This document shows, piece after piece, positions 1 through 10,604 of a DNA stretch of 64,000 nt; positions within the stretch are counted from its first letter, which is position 1, and each line of letters begins with the position of its first letter. A model generated the notes under the pieces. The model made no database searches. It saw nothing but the letters and a program-made list of their open reading frames with translations, and was not told where the DNA came from. The translations under genes and the position numbers were made by a program. This DNA comes from Negaprion brevirostris (taxonomy: Eukaryota): contig JARDVH010000132.1 in the NCBI GenBank assembly GCA_030324005.1, positions 49,874,458 through 49,938,457 on the forward strand. The letters run 5' to 3'.

Positions 1-588
1 ATGCATACAGAGTGGCCAAAATTAGTGGGGAACTAGAAGATTGGGAAAGCTTTAAAAAACAACAAAGAACTACTAAGCAAGCAGTAAAAAAAGGAAAGAT
101 AGATTATGAAAGTAAACTAGCACAAAATATAAAAACTGATAGTAAAAGTTTTTACAAATATCTAAAACGGAAAAGATTGGCTAAAGTAAATGTTAGAAGA
201 TGAGAAGGAGGATTTAATAATGGGAAACGATGAGATAGCCGAGGCCTTAAACAAGTTTTTTGTGTCGGTCTTCACAGTGGAGGACACAAATAGCAGACCA
301 ATAATTGACAGTCATGAGACTGTAGGGGGTGAGGACCTTAAAACGATCACTATTACTAAAGAGGTAGTGCTGGGTAGGCTAATGGGACTAAAGATAGACA
401 AGTCCCCGGGCCCGGATGGAATGCATCCCAGGTTACTAAAAGAAATGGCAGAAGTAATAATACATGCATTAGTTATAATTTATCAAAATTTGCTGGACTC
501 TGGGGAGGTGCCAGCTGATTGGAAATCAGCCAATGCAACACCACTATTCAAAAAGGAAGGTAGACAAAAGGCGGGTAACTACAGGCCG
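1..588 (+). mobile_element. CR1/HER1 LINE ORF2 internal fragment, frameshifted near 190
   Basis: SKSFYKY, KSPGPDGMHPRLLKE and DWKSANATPLFKKEG..AGNYRPV are CR1 pre-RT motifs. Confidence 0.93.
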
Positions 589-724
589 GTTTGGATATCA
601 CTTAAAAGTTTATTTTCACACTCTCTTCTCATTCTGTTTTGTCATCCATTGCTGATCTTTGCATCCCTTCAGTCTACAATCTACCTGACAATGTGGTCAA
701 TTGTCCAGTCTACAAAACGCAAAA

Positions 725-885
725 CAAATCCAATTACTGCCCCATCACGGGAGAGCAAACAGTGCCATTAAACAGCTATAACCTGCTCACTGATGCCCAA
801 TTAAGGCACCCCCTTATCTCACTAAAGCCTTGGGTAAAACATGGACAAAAGAATTGAACTTAAGAGGTGAGGTGAGAGTGACCAT
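725..885 (+). mobile_element. Decayed fragment of a second CR1-group LINE (family B)
   Basis: KSNYCPI...NLLTDAQL; 'ggacaaaagaattgaacttaagaggtgaggtgagagtgac' matches the reverse complement of the family B copy near 50800. Confidence 0.6.
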
Positions 886-979
886 GGGATCTCGTGCTCT
901 CACCTTAACCCGCTTTCCTCACTCCGATCTCTCCTCTCTGATTTCCTGCTTTCAGATGCCCAAGAACTGGTTACTGCAT

Positions 980-1013
980 TAACCCTAACCCAACCCTAAC
1001 GTTAACCCTAACC
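980..1013. repeat. Short degenerate (TAACCC)n telomere-like array
   Basis: taaccc taaccc aaccc taacgt taaccc taacc. Confidence 0.7.
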
Positions 1014-1486
1014 TGAATCACAGGGGCAACAACGGTTGGACATGAGCCGAAAGAAAATTGGCAGAGCACGAAGAAAAGGGGGCATGCCCTCTTTCTGTCT
1101 CACCCCAAAAATCTAACCCGAATGCTGAGTCACAGAAGCATCAGGAGGAGGAAGAATGGCAAGAACACAGCACTAAAGCAGAAGCCTTACTCAGGTACAC
1201 ACTGTTCAGAATTGACAGTGTACATACCTTGGAAGCTAGATGGTGTGGACTTTAGCCAGGCCAGGTTCTGTTATCAGTTCACCAGGGAGTGAGATTTCAG
1301 TTGAGCGTTGCTCCGTTGTAGAACTCAATGACACAGCTTATAGTACACTGAGGGGCATGCACTCTGTCATGTTGAGTCATTTTTTGGGCTGCCCATCAGC
1401 TTCCTGTGACTTTCAAGGAGCATGGAAGAATCTGGCTCCCAGTTGAATGAGGGCATGTGGCAGAGGGTTCCCCTCTATTTCTTTCA

Positions 1487-1757
1487 CAGTGCAGATCCAG
1501 GGACACTGCTGCCATCTGTTGAATGAGACATTAAATCATGGCCCTATCTGCCCCTTCAGGTGAATGTAAAATATTCCATGGTGCTGTTTTAAAAAGAAGG
1601 GGCGTTATCTCTAGTGTTCTCGCAAGTATTTATCTCTTAGTTAATAGCAGAATAAACAAATGATCTGCTTATTATCATATTCCGGTCTCTGCACAAGTTA
1701 GCTGCAAAACTACACTTCAAAAGTACTTCACTGACTGTAAAATGCTTTGGGATATCT
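1487..1757 (+). mobile_element. Deu-domain SINE (SacSINE1/AmnSINE-like), body and tail
   Basis: gaatgagacattaaa...tctgccccttcaggtgaatgtaaaatattccatgg...actacacttcaaaagtacttcactgactgtaaaatgctttggga resembles the Deu-SINE consensus as recalled. Confidence 0.8.
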
Positions 1758-2114
1758 GTTACTCATCAAAAGAGCTTTCTAAATTCAAGCCTATCTCTTT
1801 ATACCTATTGCAGCCTTTGANNNNNNNNNNNNNNNATTTCTCTGGCCCCTCTGTGAGGATACAGCAACACTCTCTGACAGATCCAGGAATTCACCAGAAC
1901 ACCTCCAAAAACATTTCGGGGTACTTGCACTTTGCAATTGAAAAGCTCCAAAAGATGTCCAAGCTGAATGTTGATTCCTTTCAATACGCTGAGTGCAGGA
2001 ACCATCTTGTAGGTTGACCTTGTTGTTGGCGGACTGAGCAATGAGGAAGCTTCTGGAACATTTGCTGACTAAGTTTGGGAACCTGGCATCACATCATCTG
2101 ATTGGGTTGTGTGA

Positions 2115-2280
2115 GGCCACTGTCCCTTCACCGTCAAAATCCTGGAACTGCCTCCCTAACAGTGCAGTGGGTGTACCTGACTGCAGCAGTTCAAGAAGAC
2201 AGCTCACCACCACCTTCACAAGGGCGATTAGGAATGGCAGTGGATACTGGCCCAGGCCCATATCCCTTATGTGAATAAAT
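2115..2280 (+). mobile_element. Family B LINE 3' end
   Basis: tcaaaatcctggaactgcctccctaac...ctcaccaccaccttc matches 35330-35490. Confidence 0.85.
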
Positions 2281-2452
2281 ACCAAAAGAGCTTCATACTG
2301 GCTGGCTTTCGTGTGGCACACGTAGCTGGTGGTGATTTGGACGAAGTAATACTCCCTCATGNNNNNNNNNNNNNNNNNNNNNNNNNNNNNNNNNNNNNNN
2401 NNNNNNNNNNNNNNNNNNACTGCAATGAATTTCTAACCTACAGCCTTTGTTT

Positions 2453-2782
2453 CATAGAATCATTGAATCCTACAGTGCAGAAGGAGGCCATTTGGCCCAT
2501 CAAATCTGCACCGACCACAATCCCATCCAGGCCCTACCCCCATAACCCCATGCATTTACCCTAGTTAGTCCCCCTAACACTAAGGGACAATTTAGCATGG
2601 CCTATCCACCTAACCTGCACATCTTTGGACTGTGGGAAGAAACCGGAGCACCTGGATGAAACCCACACAGACACAGGGAGAATGTGCAAACTCCACACAG
2701 ACAGTGACCCGAGCCAAGAATCAAACCCAGGTCCCTGGCGCTGTGAGGCAGCAGTGCTAACCACTGTGCCACCATGCCACCC
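2453..2782 (-). mobile_element. HE1 V-SINE with HER1/CR1-type tail
   Basis: tRNA head ggtggcacagtggttagcactgctgcctcacagcgccagg, V-domain, and tail ggcctccttctgcactgtaggattc. Confidence 0.95.
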
Positions 2783-3638
2783 CATTCCTTGCCGCTTTTA
2801 ACCCGCGTGTATCTGTTGCTACTTATTCACCAGTTAAGCAACATGTTAAAAGCAACTCCATGCCAAATCCTCATCAAGACCCAAAATTGAAACAGATCAA
2901 AGCAGCCAACAATGGGTTTAAGCTGAACTGGAATTCTTGCGTTTTGAGGCTGCACTGTGATAACTTTGCTCTAGGAAAGAGATGGTACAGACAATGATCC
3001 TTCTTTCCTGTGGTTTCATGGCGTCGTACAGCACATAAATACAAGTACAAGTCTGAAATGATTTCCCAAGTTTGAATATCTTATCAATAAAATAGTAGCA
3101 GTGACACTGTTAGAAGAGTCTTTTGTAAAGAGGCACAGAGAGACCAATTTGCAGTGAACCACTGGGAGAAGTGAGTAAGCAAAATAGATCGCTTTGTACT
3201 CCTGTAGGAAAGGTGATAATTAAACTGAAATGGCTCTTTCAGTGGGTGTTGGTGATAGTTTGGAACATGGCAATTAACTGCAGTGAATATAAAGATGTTA
3301 ATTAGCTGTAGTTAATTACTGTTTAACAGTATATTAAGGAGTTTTGTTCCAGAAATTGTTTTGAGTAATAGGTGGACTCAAAATTTAATTCTTCGAATAT
3401 ACTTTTCTATTTGACATATTGTGAATGTGATTCTTTCAAAGCTGCACACAGTTGCTGATATGTTTATAGGCAATGTAAGACTGTAGTGCAACAAGATGAG
3501 TGTTATTCAGGGGAAGCTTCTGAATTAAAAAAAAGGGTGGAAATATTGTGGGTTGCTGGATGATTTACCAAAGTTAGTCCTATGCATTTCTTAAGGCTCT
3601 GCTTTCTCTTTCATGTGGCTTCTCTTCTGAAATAACAG

Positions 3639-3813
3639 AGTCGTCTGCAGTCAAGCTCTCCTCCTTACATGATCTTCCCACTCAGCTGCAGGAACTTTAC
3701 CAGAAGGGCTTCGTTCTGGCTGGCTTTCATCCCTTCATACAGTCCATTGATGTGCAGAAGAAAACTCCAGAGGAGAAAATGTTCAGGGCCATTCTGATCA
3801 AACCAGCAGTGAG
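3639..3813 (+). CDS. RFTN1: Raftlin internal coding exon (SSAVKLSSLHDLPTQLQELYQKGFVLAGFHPFIQSIDVQKKTPEEKMFRAILIKPAV)
   Basis: Pyrimidine tract plus aacAG acceptor; donor ag|GTAAAG at 3814. Aligns with recalled human RFTN1 SSAVRLASLRDLPAQLLELYQQGF...FRAILIKK. Ends in phase 2, matching the next exon. The 5' boundary is less certain. Confidence 0.9.
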
Positions 3814-3921
3814 GTAAAGCAGCCGAAATAAAAATGGTCACTAATAGACTGTCTTTGTGTTAAAAATTGTTTCATTTTGCACTTTACAAATTTTTAGTTG
3901 GTTTGTCGTGTATTTGCCTCT

Positions 3922-3998
3922 GTGTCTTGTGGTGCAGTGCTATAAGGATCTTGTCTGTGAGCCAGAAGATGTGGGTTCAAGTCTCACTCTGGGACTTC
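3922..3998 (+). mobile_element. tRNA-derived head of a Deu-SINE
   Basis: ggtgcagtg (A box) ...tgagccagaagatgtgggttcaagtctcactctgggactt (B box). Confidence 0.6.
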
Positions 3999-5106
3999 AA
4001 TATTAGAAAGAATAACAATAAATGACTGGCGGTGCTTTTAAAACAGTCCTTCCTCCTTCAGGTATTACTGACATTCAAAAATACTTACGACATCGACAAG
4101 ACAACTTACCTGAATTAATACCTATAATTCAATTCTGCACACCTAATAGCTACCAAATAATAAAAATATGGATCATAAATAGCCTCTTCCAATGTTGTAG
4201 TTTCCTCCAAAATATTAACTTTTACCTCCTGTAAAAGTAACAAATCTAGCCTGGAAATAGAAAATGCTGAAGAAACACCATGGAATGGTTTTGTCATGGT
4301 CAAGTGGTAGTTAGAATCCCGCACCATGTGAACAAACTGATCTGGCTGTGATATGGGGGACAGACTTGCCAGGAAAACCTCTCCCTTACCCTCTGCATGG
4401 GCCACATGTTNNNNNNNNNNNNNNNNNNNNNNNNNNNNNNNNNNNNNNNNNNNNNNNNNNNNNNNNNNNNNNNNNNNNNNNNNNNNNNNNNNNNNNNNNN
4501 NNNNNNNNNNNNNNNNNNNNNNNNNNNNNNNNNNNNNNNNNNNNNNNNNNNNNNNNNNNNNNNNNNNNNNNNNNNNNNNNNNNNNNNNNNNNNNNNNNNN
4601 NNNNNNNNNNNNNNNNNNNNNNNNNNNNNNNNNNNNNNNNNNNNNNNNNNNNNNNNNNNNNNNNNNNNNNNNNNNNNNNNNNNNNNNNNNNNNNNNNNNN
4701 NNNNNNNNNNNNNNNNNNNNNNNNNNNNNNNNNNNNNNNNNNNNNNNNNNNNNNNNNNNNNNNNNNNNNNNNNNNNNNNNNNNNNNNNNNNNNNNNNNNN
4801 NNNNNNNNNNNNNNNNNNNNNNNNNNNNNNNNNNNNNNNNNNNNNNNNNNNNNNNNNNNNNNNNNNNNNNNNNNNNNNNNNNNNNNNNNNNNNNNNNNNN
4901 NNNNNNNNNNNNNNNNNNNNNNNNNNNNNNNNNNNNNNNNNNNNNNNNNNNNNNNNNNNNNNNNNNNNNNNNNNNNNNNNNNNNNNNNNNNNNNNNNNNN
5001 NNNNNNNNNNNNNNNNNNNNNNNNNNNNNNNNNNNNNNNNNNNNNNNNNNNNNNNNNNNNNNNNNNNNNNNNNNNNNNNNNNNNNNNNNNNNNNNNNNNN
5101 NNNNNN

Positions 5107-5440
5107 GGGCAATAGATAGGGTGAATAGTGGGAAACTTATTCCCAGGTCAGAGGTGACAATCACCAGGGGTCACAGGTTCAAGGTGAAGGGAGCGAGGTT
5201 TAACTCAGATATCAGAGGGACGTATTTTATGCAGGGGGTGGTGGGGGCTGGAATGCACTGCCAAGCAGGGTGGTGGAGGCGGACACGCTGGGATTGTTTA
5301 AAACTTATCTGGATAGTCACATGAACAGATTGGGAATGGAGGGATACAAATGAGTGGTCTAGTTGGACCAATGAGCAGCGCAGGCTTGGAGAGCGGAAGG
5401 GCCTGTTTCCTGTGCTGTATTGTTCTTTGTTCTTTGTTCC
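5107..5440 (+). mobile_element. CR1/HER1 LINE 3' end
   Basis: TRGHRFKVKG motif; tail gaagggcctgtttcctgtgctgtat(tgttctt)n. Confidence 0.92.
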
Positions 5441-5821
5441 TTCCTTCCTTCCACCGCCCCCCCCCCCCCAACTATCGATATAGCAGCACCTTGACGGCGT
5501 TTACATTCAGTATTTAAAAATGTGAAGCAGTTGAGGGGAAACCATCAGTAGCACAAAGCTAATTATAGCCCCTGGGGAGAGAGAGACATGCCTAGGCAGT
5601 GCCCTGGCACTACCAGGGGCCTGTGGGCTCCCTATCCATGGGGGTTTGGGGAGTGGGTAGTGTTACTTTCTGTGCTGATCGGGCATGCTTTAAAAATGGC
5701 ACCCAGATCTCTGTGGAACCAATTGTGTGACTCCATCAAGCCCTGGCCCACCAGTATCACGGTGAAAACCAGGCACCTGGATTTTCTGCGCATAGAGTGT
5801 CAGAGAATCTGGAGAGAAAAT

Positions 5822-6120
5822 TCATGGAATCATAGAGTTCCTACAGTACAGAAGGAGGCTATTTGACCACAACCCCACACAGGCTCTATTCCCATAATCC
5901 CTCATATTTACCCTGCTAATCCCCCTGACACTAAGGTTATTTTAGCGTGGCCAATCAACCTAACCCATATGTCTTTGGACTGTGGGACGAAACCAGAGCA
6001 CCCAGAGGAAACCCACACAGACACAGGAAGAATGTGTAAACTGCACACAGATAGTGACCCAAGGCCAGAATCGAACCCGGGTCCCTGGCAAGTGAGGCAG
6101 CAGTACTAACCACTGAGCCT
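5822..6120 (-). mobile_element. HE1 V-SINE, CR1-type tail
   Basis: Same structure as 2453-2782. Confidence 0.93.
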
Positions 6121-6199
6121 CCGTTCTGGTATACTGCTGGAGAGCTGCACATCCGTTTTCTCACCTCAGTCAGCACTCTGTGCACAGAGTATAGAATTC

Positions 6200-6275
6200 C
6201 TTCTGTCAACTCTGTTTCTCGCTCCACAGATGCTGCTGGACCTCCTGAGTTGTCCAGTGTTTTCTGTTTCAATAA
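6200..6275 (+). mobile_element. Penelope-like terminal repeat fragment
   Basis: aactctgtttctcgctccacagatgctgctggacctcctgagttgtccag matches copies near 36110 and 40665. Confidence 0.7.
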
Positions 6276-6297
6276 ATACAAGCTCAGTTTGTGGCTT

Positions 6298-6508
6298 TGT
6301 GGGCGGGATTTACTGAGCAACCTGCTCACGATTTCATGGCATTGAGGGGTGGCCCGCCATTTCCAGCAGCAGAGTCTTCTGGTTCTGCTGTTGCTAATTG
6401 GGTTTCCCACTTAATGCATCCTTGCCGCAGTGAAGCCTGTGGTGGAGATGTGCTGTTGGTGAGACTGTAAAATCCTGCCAGCGTAAACAGCCAGAGAGTT
6501 CCAGCCTC
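6298..6508. mobile_element. Non-autonomous DNA transposon (Harbinger-type MITE)
   Basis: Ends gggcgggattt...aaaatcctgcc and gagagttccagcc, a TIR type shared by many elements in the window. Confidence 0.6.
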
Positions 6509-6994
6509 GCTTTATTTGCTCAGAGTTTGGATTTGAAAACAATTGGGAACTTCACGTATTTCACAGAAATAAAAACGTCCTCTGTAAATGCTCATTTAAT
6601 TCGCTTGTGAGTATCTTGGGAAAAGAACTCCAAAAATGTTTGGAAGGGGGCAAAAATGCAGAAATGATTTTAAGGTTGAAGCAATTACTGAAAGTATTTT
6701 TTTTATAATTAGTAATATAATTGTATTCCAATTACCAAAATAAAATATGTTATTTTAACCTTTCTATTCATACTGAAGGCTTTAATAAGATTTTTATCTA
6801 AGAAAAATCCAAGACCAGGAAATAAGATTATAAGCACAGCTAGCCAATGAGATGATCTGATCATATAAATACCAAATCTACCACTTTGGGAAAATGTCAT
6901 TTAGTGACATTTCAAGTCAATAAAACTGGTGATCCCAGTTATAAATAAACATACCTGAAATATTTGTATTTATCAATATCATACAGGTACTCTG

Positions 6995-7215
6995 GACTGA
7001 TTAGTTCACTTGTTTAGATGGCTGGCACATAGAATATCTGTCCGGGTTCAATTCCCGTTACAGCTGAGGTGGATTTGAGACCTGCTTCCTTGCTCTGTCC
7101 CTGAGAATGAAAAGTACTGGTAAACCACCATTAACAAAAATTGCAGAGAAAATAGTTCAGGATGAAACATCAGCAGACAATGAGCCAAGGACTTGCCTTC
7201 AGGCAGAGCACACAC
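6995..7215 (+). mobile_element. tRNA-derived SINE with an RTE-like 3' part
   Basis: B box gggttcaattccc; ggtaaaccacca...tgcagagaaaa resembles RTE-partnered SINE bodies. Confidence 0.45.
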
Positions 7216-7354
7216 CAATTAGTGAAGGCAATTTACTGTTAAATTATCCTTTGCTTGTGTTTTTATTTCATTTGGAAAAAGTTACAAAAATACTTATTCT
7301 CAAATAATAAAGAAGAGAAAGACAATAAGAATGGGCACATCTCCCCGCAGTCTT

Positions 7355-7725
7355 AAGGGGAAGCAGTGGGTCAGTGGGATTGTCACAACACTAGTAATCC
7401 AGAGACCTAGGGCAGGTTCACCGTGGTAGGATTTAAACTGAACAGAACTTTTGGAATTAAAAGCCTAAAGACCATGGGGGGTGATCTTACAAAAAATATT
7501 CTAAGTCTAGGACAAGCATGGAAACAGGAGAGTTTCACATCATCGCTGCTGTTGGGTCATAACCCTCGAATCCCCTTCCTAACAACACTTCAGGTGTACT
7601 TAGACCTCAGGGATTGCAGCAGTTCAAGAAGGCCTTTAACCATCACCTTCTGAAAGAAAATTAGGGAAAGGCATTAAACGCTGACCTAGCCCACGATGCC
7701 CACCTCCTGTAAATGAATTTTAAAA
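7355..7725 (+). mobile_element. Composite: family B SINE head, MITE end and family B LINE tail
   Basis: ctagtaatccagagacctag (SINE); gggggtgatcttacaaaaaatattctaagt (matches 16490); caccttctgaaagaaaattaggg...gatgcccac (LINE tail). Confidence 0.65.
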
Positions 7726-9616
7726 ATGCATTCACCAAGAGTAACCACCCCTGATCCATGTGGGCTTTCCAAGGTTGAAGGAGGTTCCTTACTTTGAATG
7801 CCAATGTTGAGTAACTCTGGAATTTGGAGCGCATCCTAGGCCTGCCAGAGATGTCACATGTTATATTACATCACTGTCAGGAGTGGAGGTAGTGACGGTC
7901 TCCCCTTAGAAAGAACTGTCTCTGTCACTATAAAAATATTGAAAGATTTTACTGACCTGAAACATTTGTTTTGGTGGGAGACATCTAACTGACAACCACC
8001 ATTTGGCAAATAGGTGACGTGACCTATGTGACCATTGCTACTGATGATGGGAGTGTCAAAAATGGGAATTCCCACCCTGACCTCCCTTTTCTGCTGGAAA
8101 TATTTCCATCTCTGGCAAGGTTCTGTAGAATTCCCAAAATAACGTTTGGAACAGCCACATCTGTGTCTCAGCCTAGTTTCCAGCCCTTTAAATGTATTCC
8201 AATTGAAGCTATTGCAGGGGTGTGCCAAAAGGATTGCAATTTTTCTTCTATCATGATATCATCACTCAAAAGTGTTGCTTGCAAGATGATAGAAGGCATG
8301 TTCACGAATAGAGGAAAGGATTGGTAACATTTAAGCAGACCAAGTTTGGACTTTACAGTTTCAGTTTACTGAATCTCGGCTTCATCAAATTAATGTTACA
8401 GTCACTGTTGGTTTTCTGGAACAGTAATTCATTCCAAACCACAGCATTTTTACAATGTTGAGTTGAAATTAGTAATGATGTTTAAGATGATCTGTTCTTA
8501 ACATCATTATGGCAAAAATAATATGGTGCATTCTTTCTGTAATTGAATCCAGACTGCTAATTTAACCCAAATGTAGTTTGCTTTACTGTTAGAAACTATG
8601 GAGATTTTGGGTTGGATCCATGACCTAAAATCTCTTTTTTGCAATTCTCACCCACTCTTTAAGTTACAAAGCCAATGCGCAGACTGGGCCAGGCAAGCCC
8701 GAATCCATCTCCTTACTTGCTCCAAAAACCAAATTCAAATTTAATCCAATTCCTGATCCCACAAGGGACAAGTTGTGAAGAAAAGGCATTGCACCCATCT
8801 TGGGCTTGATCTGACACTTGATTTTAGCCAAAAGGTTGAAATCCATGACCTAAATCTTTTCATTTTGCAAAAACCTCCTTTATTCGGATTAATCTGAAAG
8901 GCACATTACCAAATATTTCAGGTTGTGAGAACAGTGAAGTGCAAAGATTTTTACATTTTCCCCAGAAATCAAGTTGCTCTTTGAGGTGCTTCAGTTCAAT
9001 AGTGAGAACATTGCACATATTTCAGGATTTTTCAGGAGTAAAGTTCTTTACAAACTATACACACTGATTGGTTGTATAGCAATCTGCAGTGCTTCAGTTA
9101 AAATTAAGTTAGGATTGAGCGCTAGTCTGAGCGGTTTTACCCAGTTACCAGTCCCAAGTTGAAAGGCCTTACATAGTGGCCTTTTCCCATCATTTCTCCT
9201 GCAGGATAGTCTTCTTTAAAAGATATCAGTCGAGTGCAAAACTTAGCTGCCTCCACTGAAGTCTACACACCACATGAATTGGTGAATTTCTCTTCTCCTG
9301 CTGATTATTTGCAGTGGAACTGTCCGGGACATTTTCATTGACATGGTAGGTTCTGTTTCTTGATTAGACCTCCAGGAGATTTACTTGTTGCAAACGACGC
9401 CCAGACCTCATTCCTTGATGCAGCTGAGAGCAAAACGGAAAGTCTACTTGATTTTCAGTTGCTTTGAGATCAATGGAATAGCTAAGAGAGATGTAAGGTA
9501 GGCTGCTAACTCATTATCATCTTGACTTTATTACACTATCACAGAAAGTCAAAATCTAGCCGCCAATGTTTTTATCCTGTCCATTTTTTCAGATGCTACT
9601 ACTGCAATGTAACCCC

Positions 9617-10050
9617 AGTAAGAAGTCTCAGAACACCAGGTTAAAGTCCAACCAGCTTATTTGATAGTAATCCCACAAGCTTTCGGAAACGCTGTTCCTT
9701 CGTCAGATGTATGGGAGGTTCTGATCAGAGAAGGGCATATAAAGACACACACAGTTTACTGAAAACTGATTAGAATGCAAGTCTTTACAGCTAACCTGCT
9801 GTTCAAGTCTTAAAGATGAAGACAATGTGAGAGGAGATAGCATTAGCATAGGTTAAAGAGATGTACATTGTCTCCAGACAGGACAGTAAATGAGATTTTG
9901 CAAGCCCAGGCAAGTTATGGGGGTAACAGATAGTGTGACATGAACCCAAGATCCTGGTTGAGGCTGTCCTCATGTGTGCAGAACTTAGCTTTCAGTCTCT
10001 ACTCAGCAACTCTGCGCTGTCGTGTGTCGTGAAGGCCGCCTTGGAGAACG
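9617..10050 (-). mobile_element. Penelope-like element 3' fragment (GIY-YIG C-terminus plus pLTR with hammerhead motif)
   Basis: Minus-strand translation VLQGGLHDTRQRRVAE*RLKAKFCTHEDSLNQDLGFMSHY; pLTR ctgacgaaggaacagcgtttccgaaagcttgtg...ggactttaacctggtgttc. Confidence 0.9.
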
Positions 10051-10309
10051 CATACAGCGCCTGGAGAACGTGGCGACGAGGCAGGCGCACAGGCAGATCA
10101 GTGCATTGGTTGAAGGGATGCTAGCAGTGAGCATTAGCGCAAGGCTGGAGGAGAAGACTGCGGTCCAAGAGCAAGCATTGAAGGTGGATTGCAACCAGAA
10201 TGGCTACTGTGATCCTGTCAGGCCCCATTACTGAAGCACTCACTGAGGATCCATCTTCATACAGTGTATGGATGTGAAGATAAGTTACCAAACCATTGGC
10301 AATGGCAGA

Positions 10310-10580
10310 GGCACAGTTACAGACGGCCGTATAGTTTAATGAAGAATCCCTTGATGCTGTCCTCCTCTTCATTGCAGTGTAAATCTAACTCTGTTTATGA
10401 CACTAATAAATAAACTTTATAAACTTTAAACTCCGGGCTGTCAGCAAATGGAAGGAAGTTCTCTGCCGCAGGATGGCAAGAGCGTGAAAACAGAGGAGGT
10501 CAAGAGCCATGAAGCTGCTCGTAGGATTTGGCTACGGTGCAAAGAAAGGATGAAAGACCTTACACGTTCTGCAAGGGTGA
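10310..10580 (+). pseudogene. PIF/Harbinger Myb/SANT-like DNA-binding ORF relic, interrupted by an orphan HE1-type tail (10366-10432)
   Basis: FNEESLDAVL...AVSKWKEVL...RRIWLRCKERMKDLTRSAR followed by GTGAGT. Confidence 0.75.
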
Positions 10581-10604
10581 GTGAGGATCCTAACTCTTAA
10601 CGTG

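Noticed and set aside
190-771. 193-aa ORF as a host gene
   Set aside because: It is a CR1 ORF2 fragment reading into unrelated sequence.
4115-5324. Long ORFs of 240-349 aa (also 15667-16438, 16764-17268, 46269-46559)
   Set aside because: They exist only because N runs contain no stop codons.
9190-9500. Exon-like segment after ctcctgcAG with GT sites
   Set aside because: No raftlin similarity, and the flanking exons already join in phase without it.
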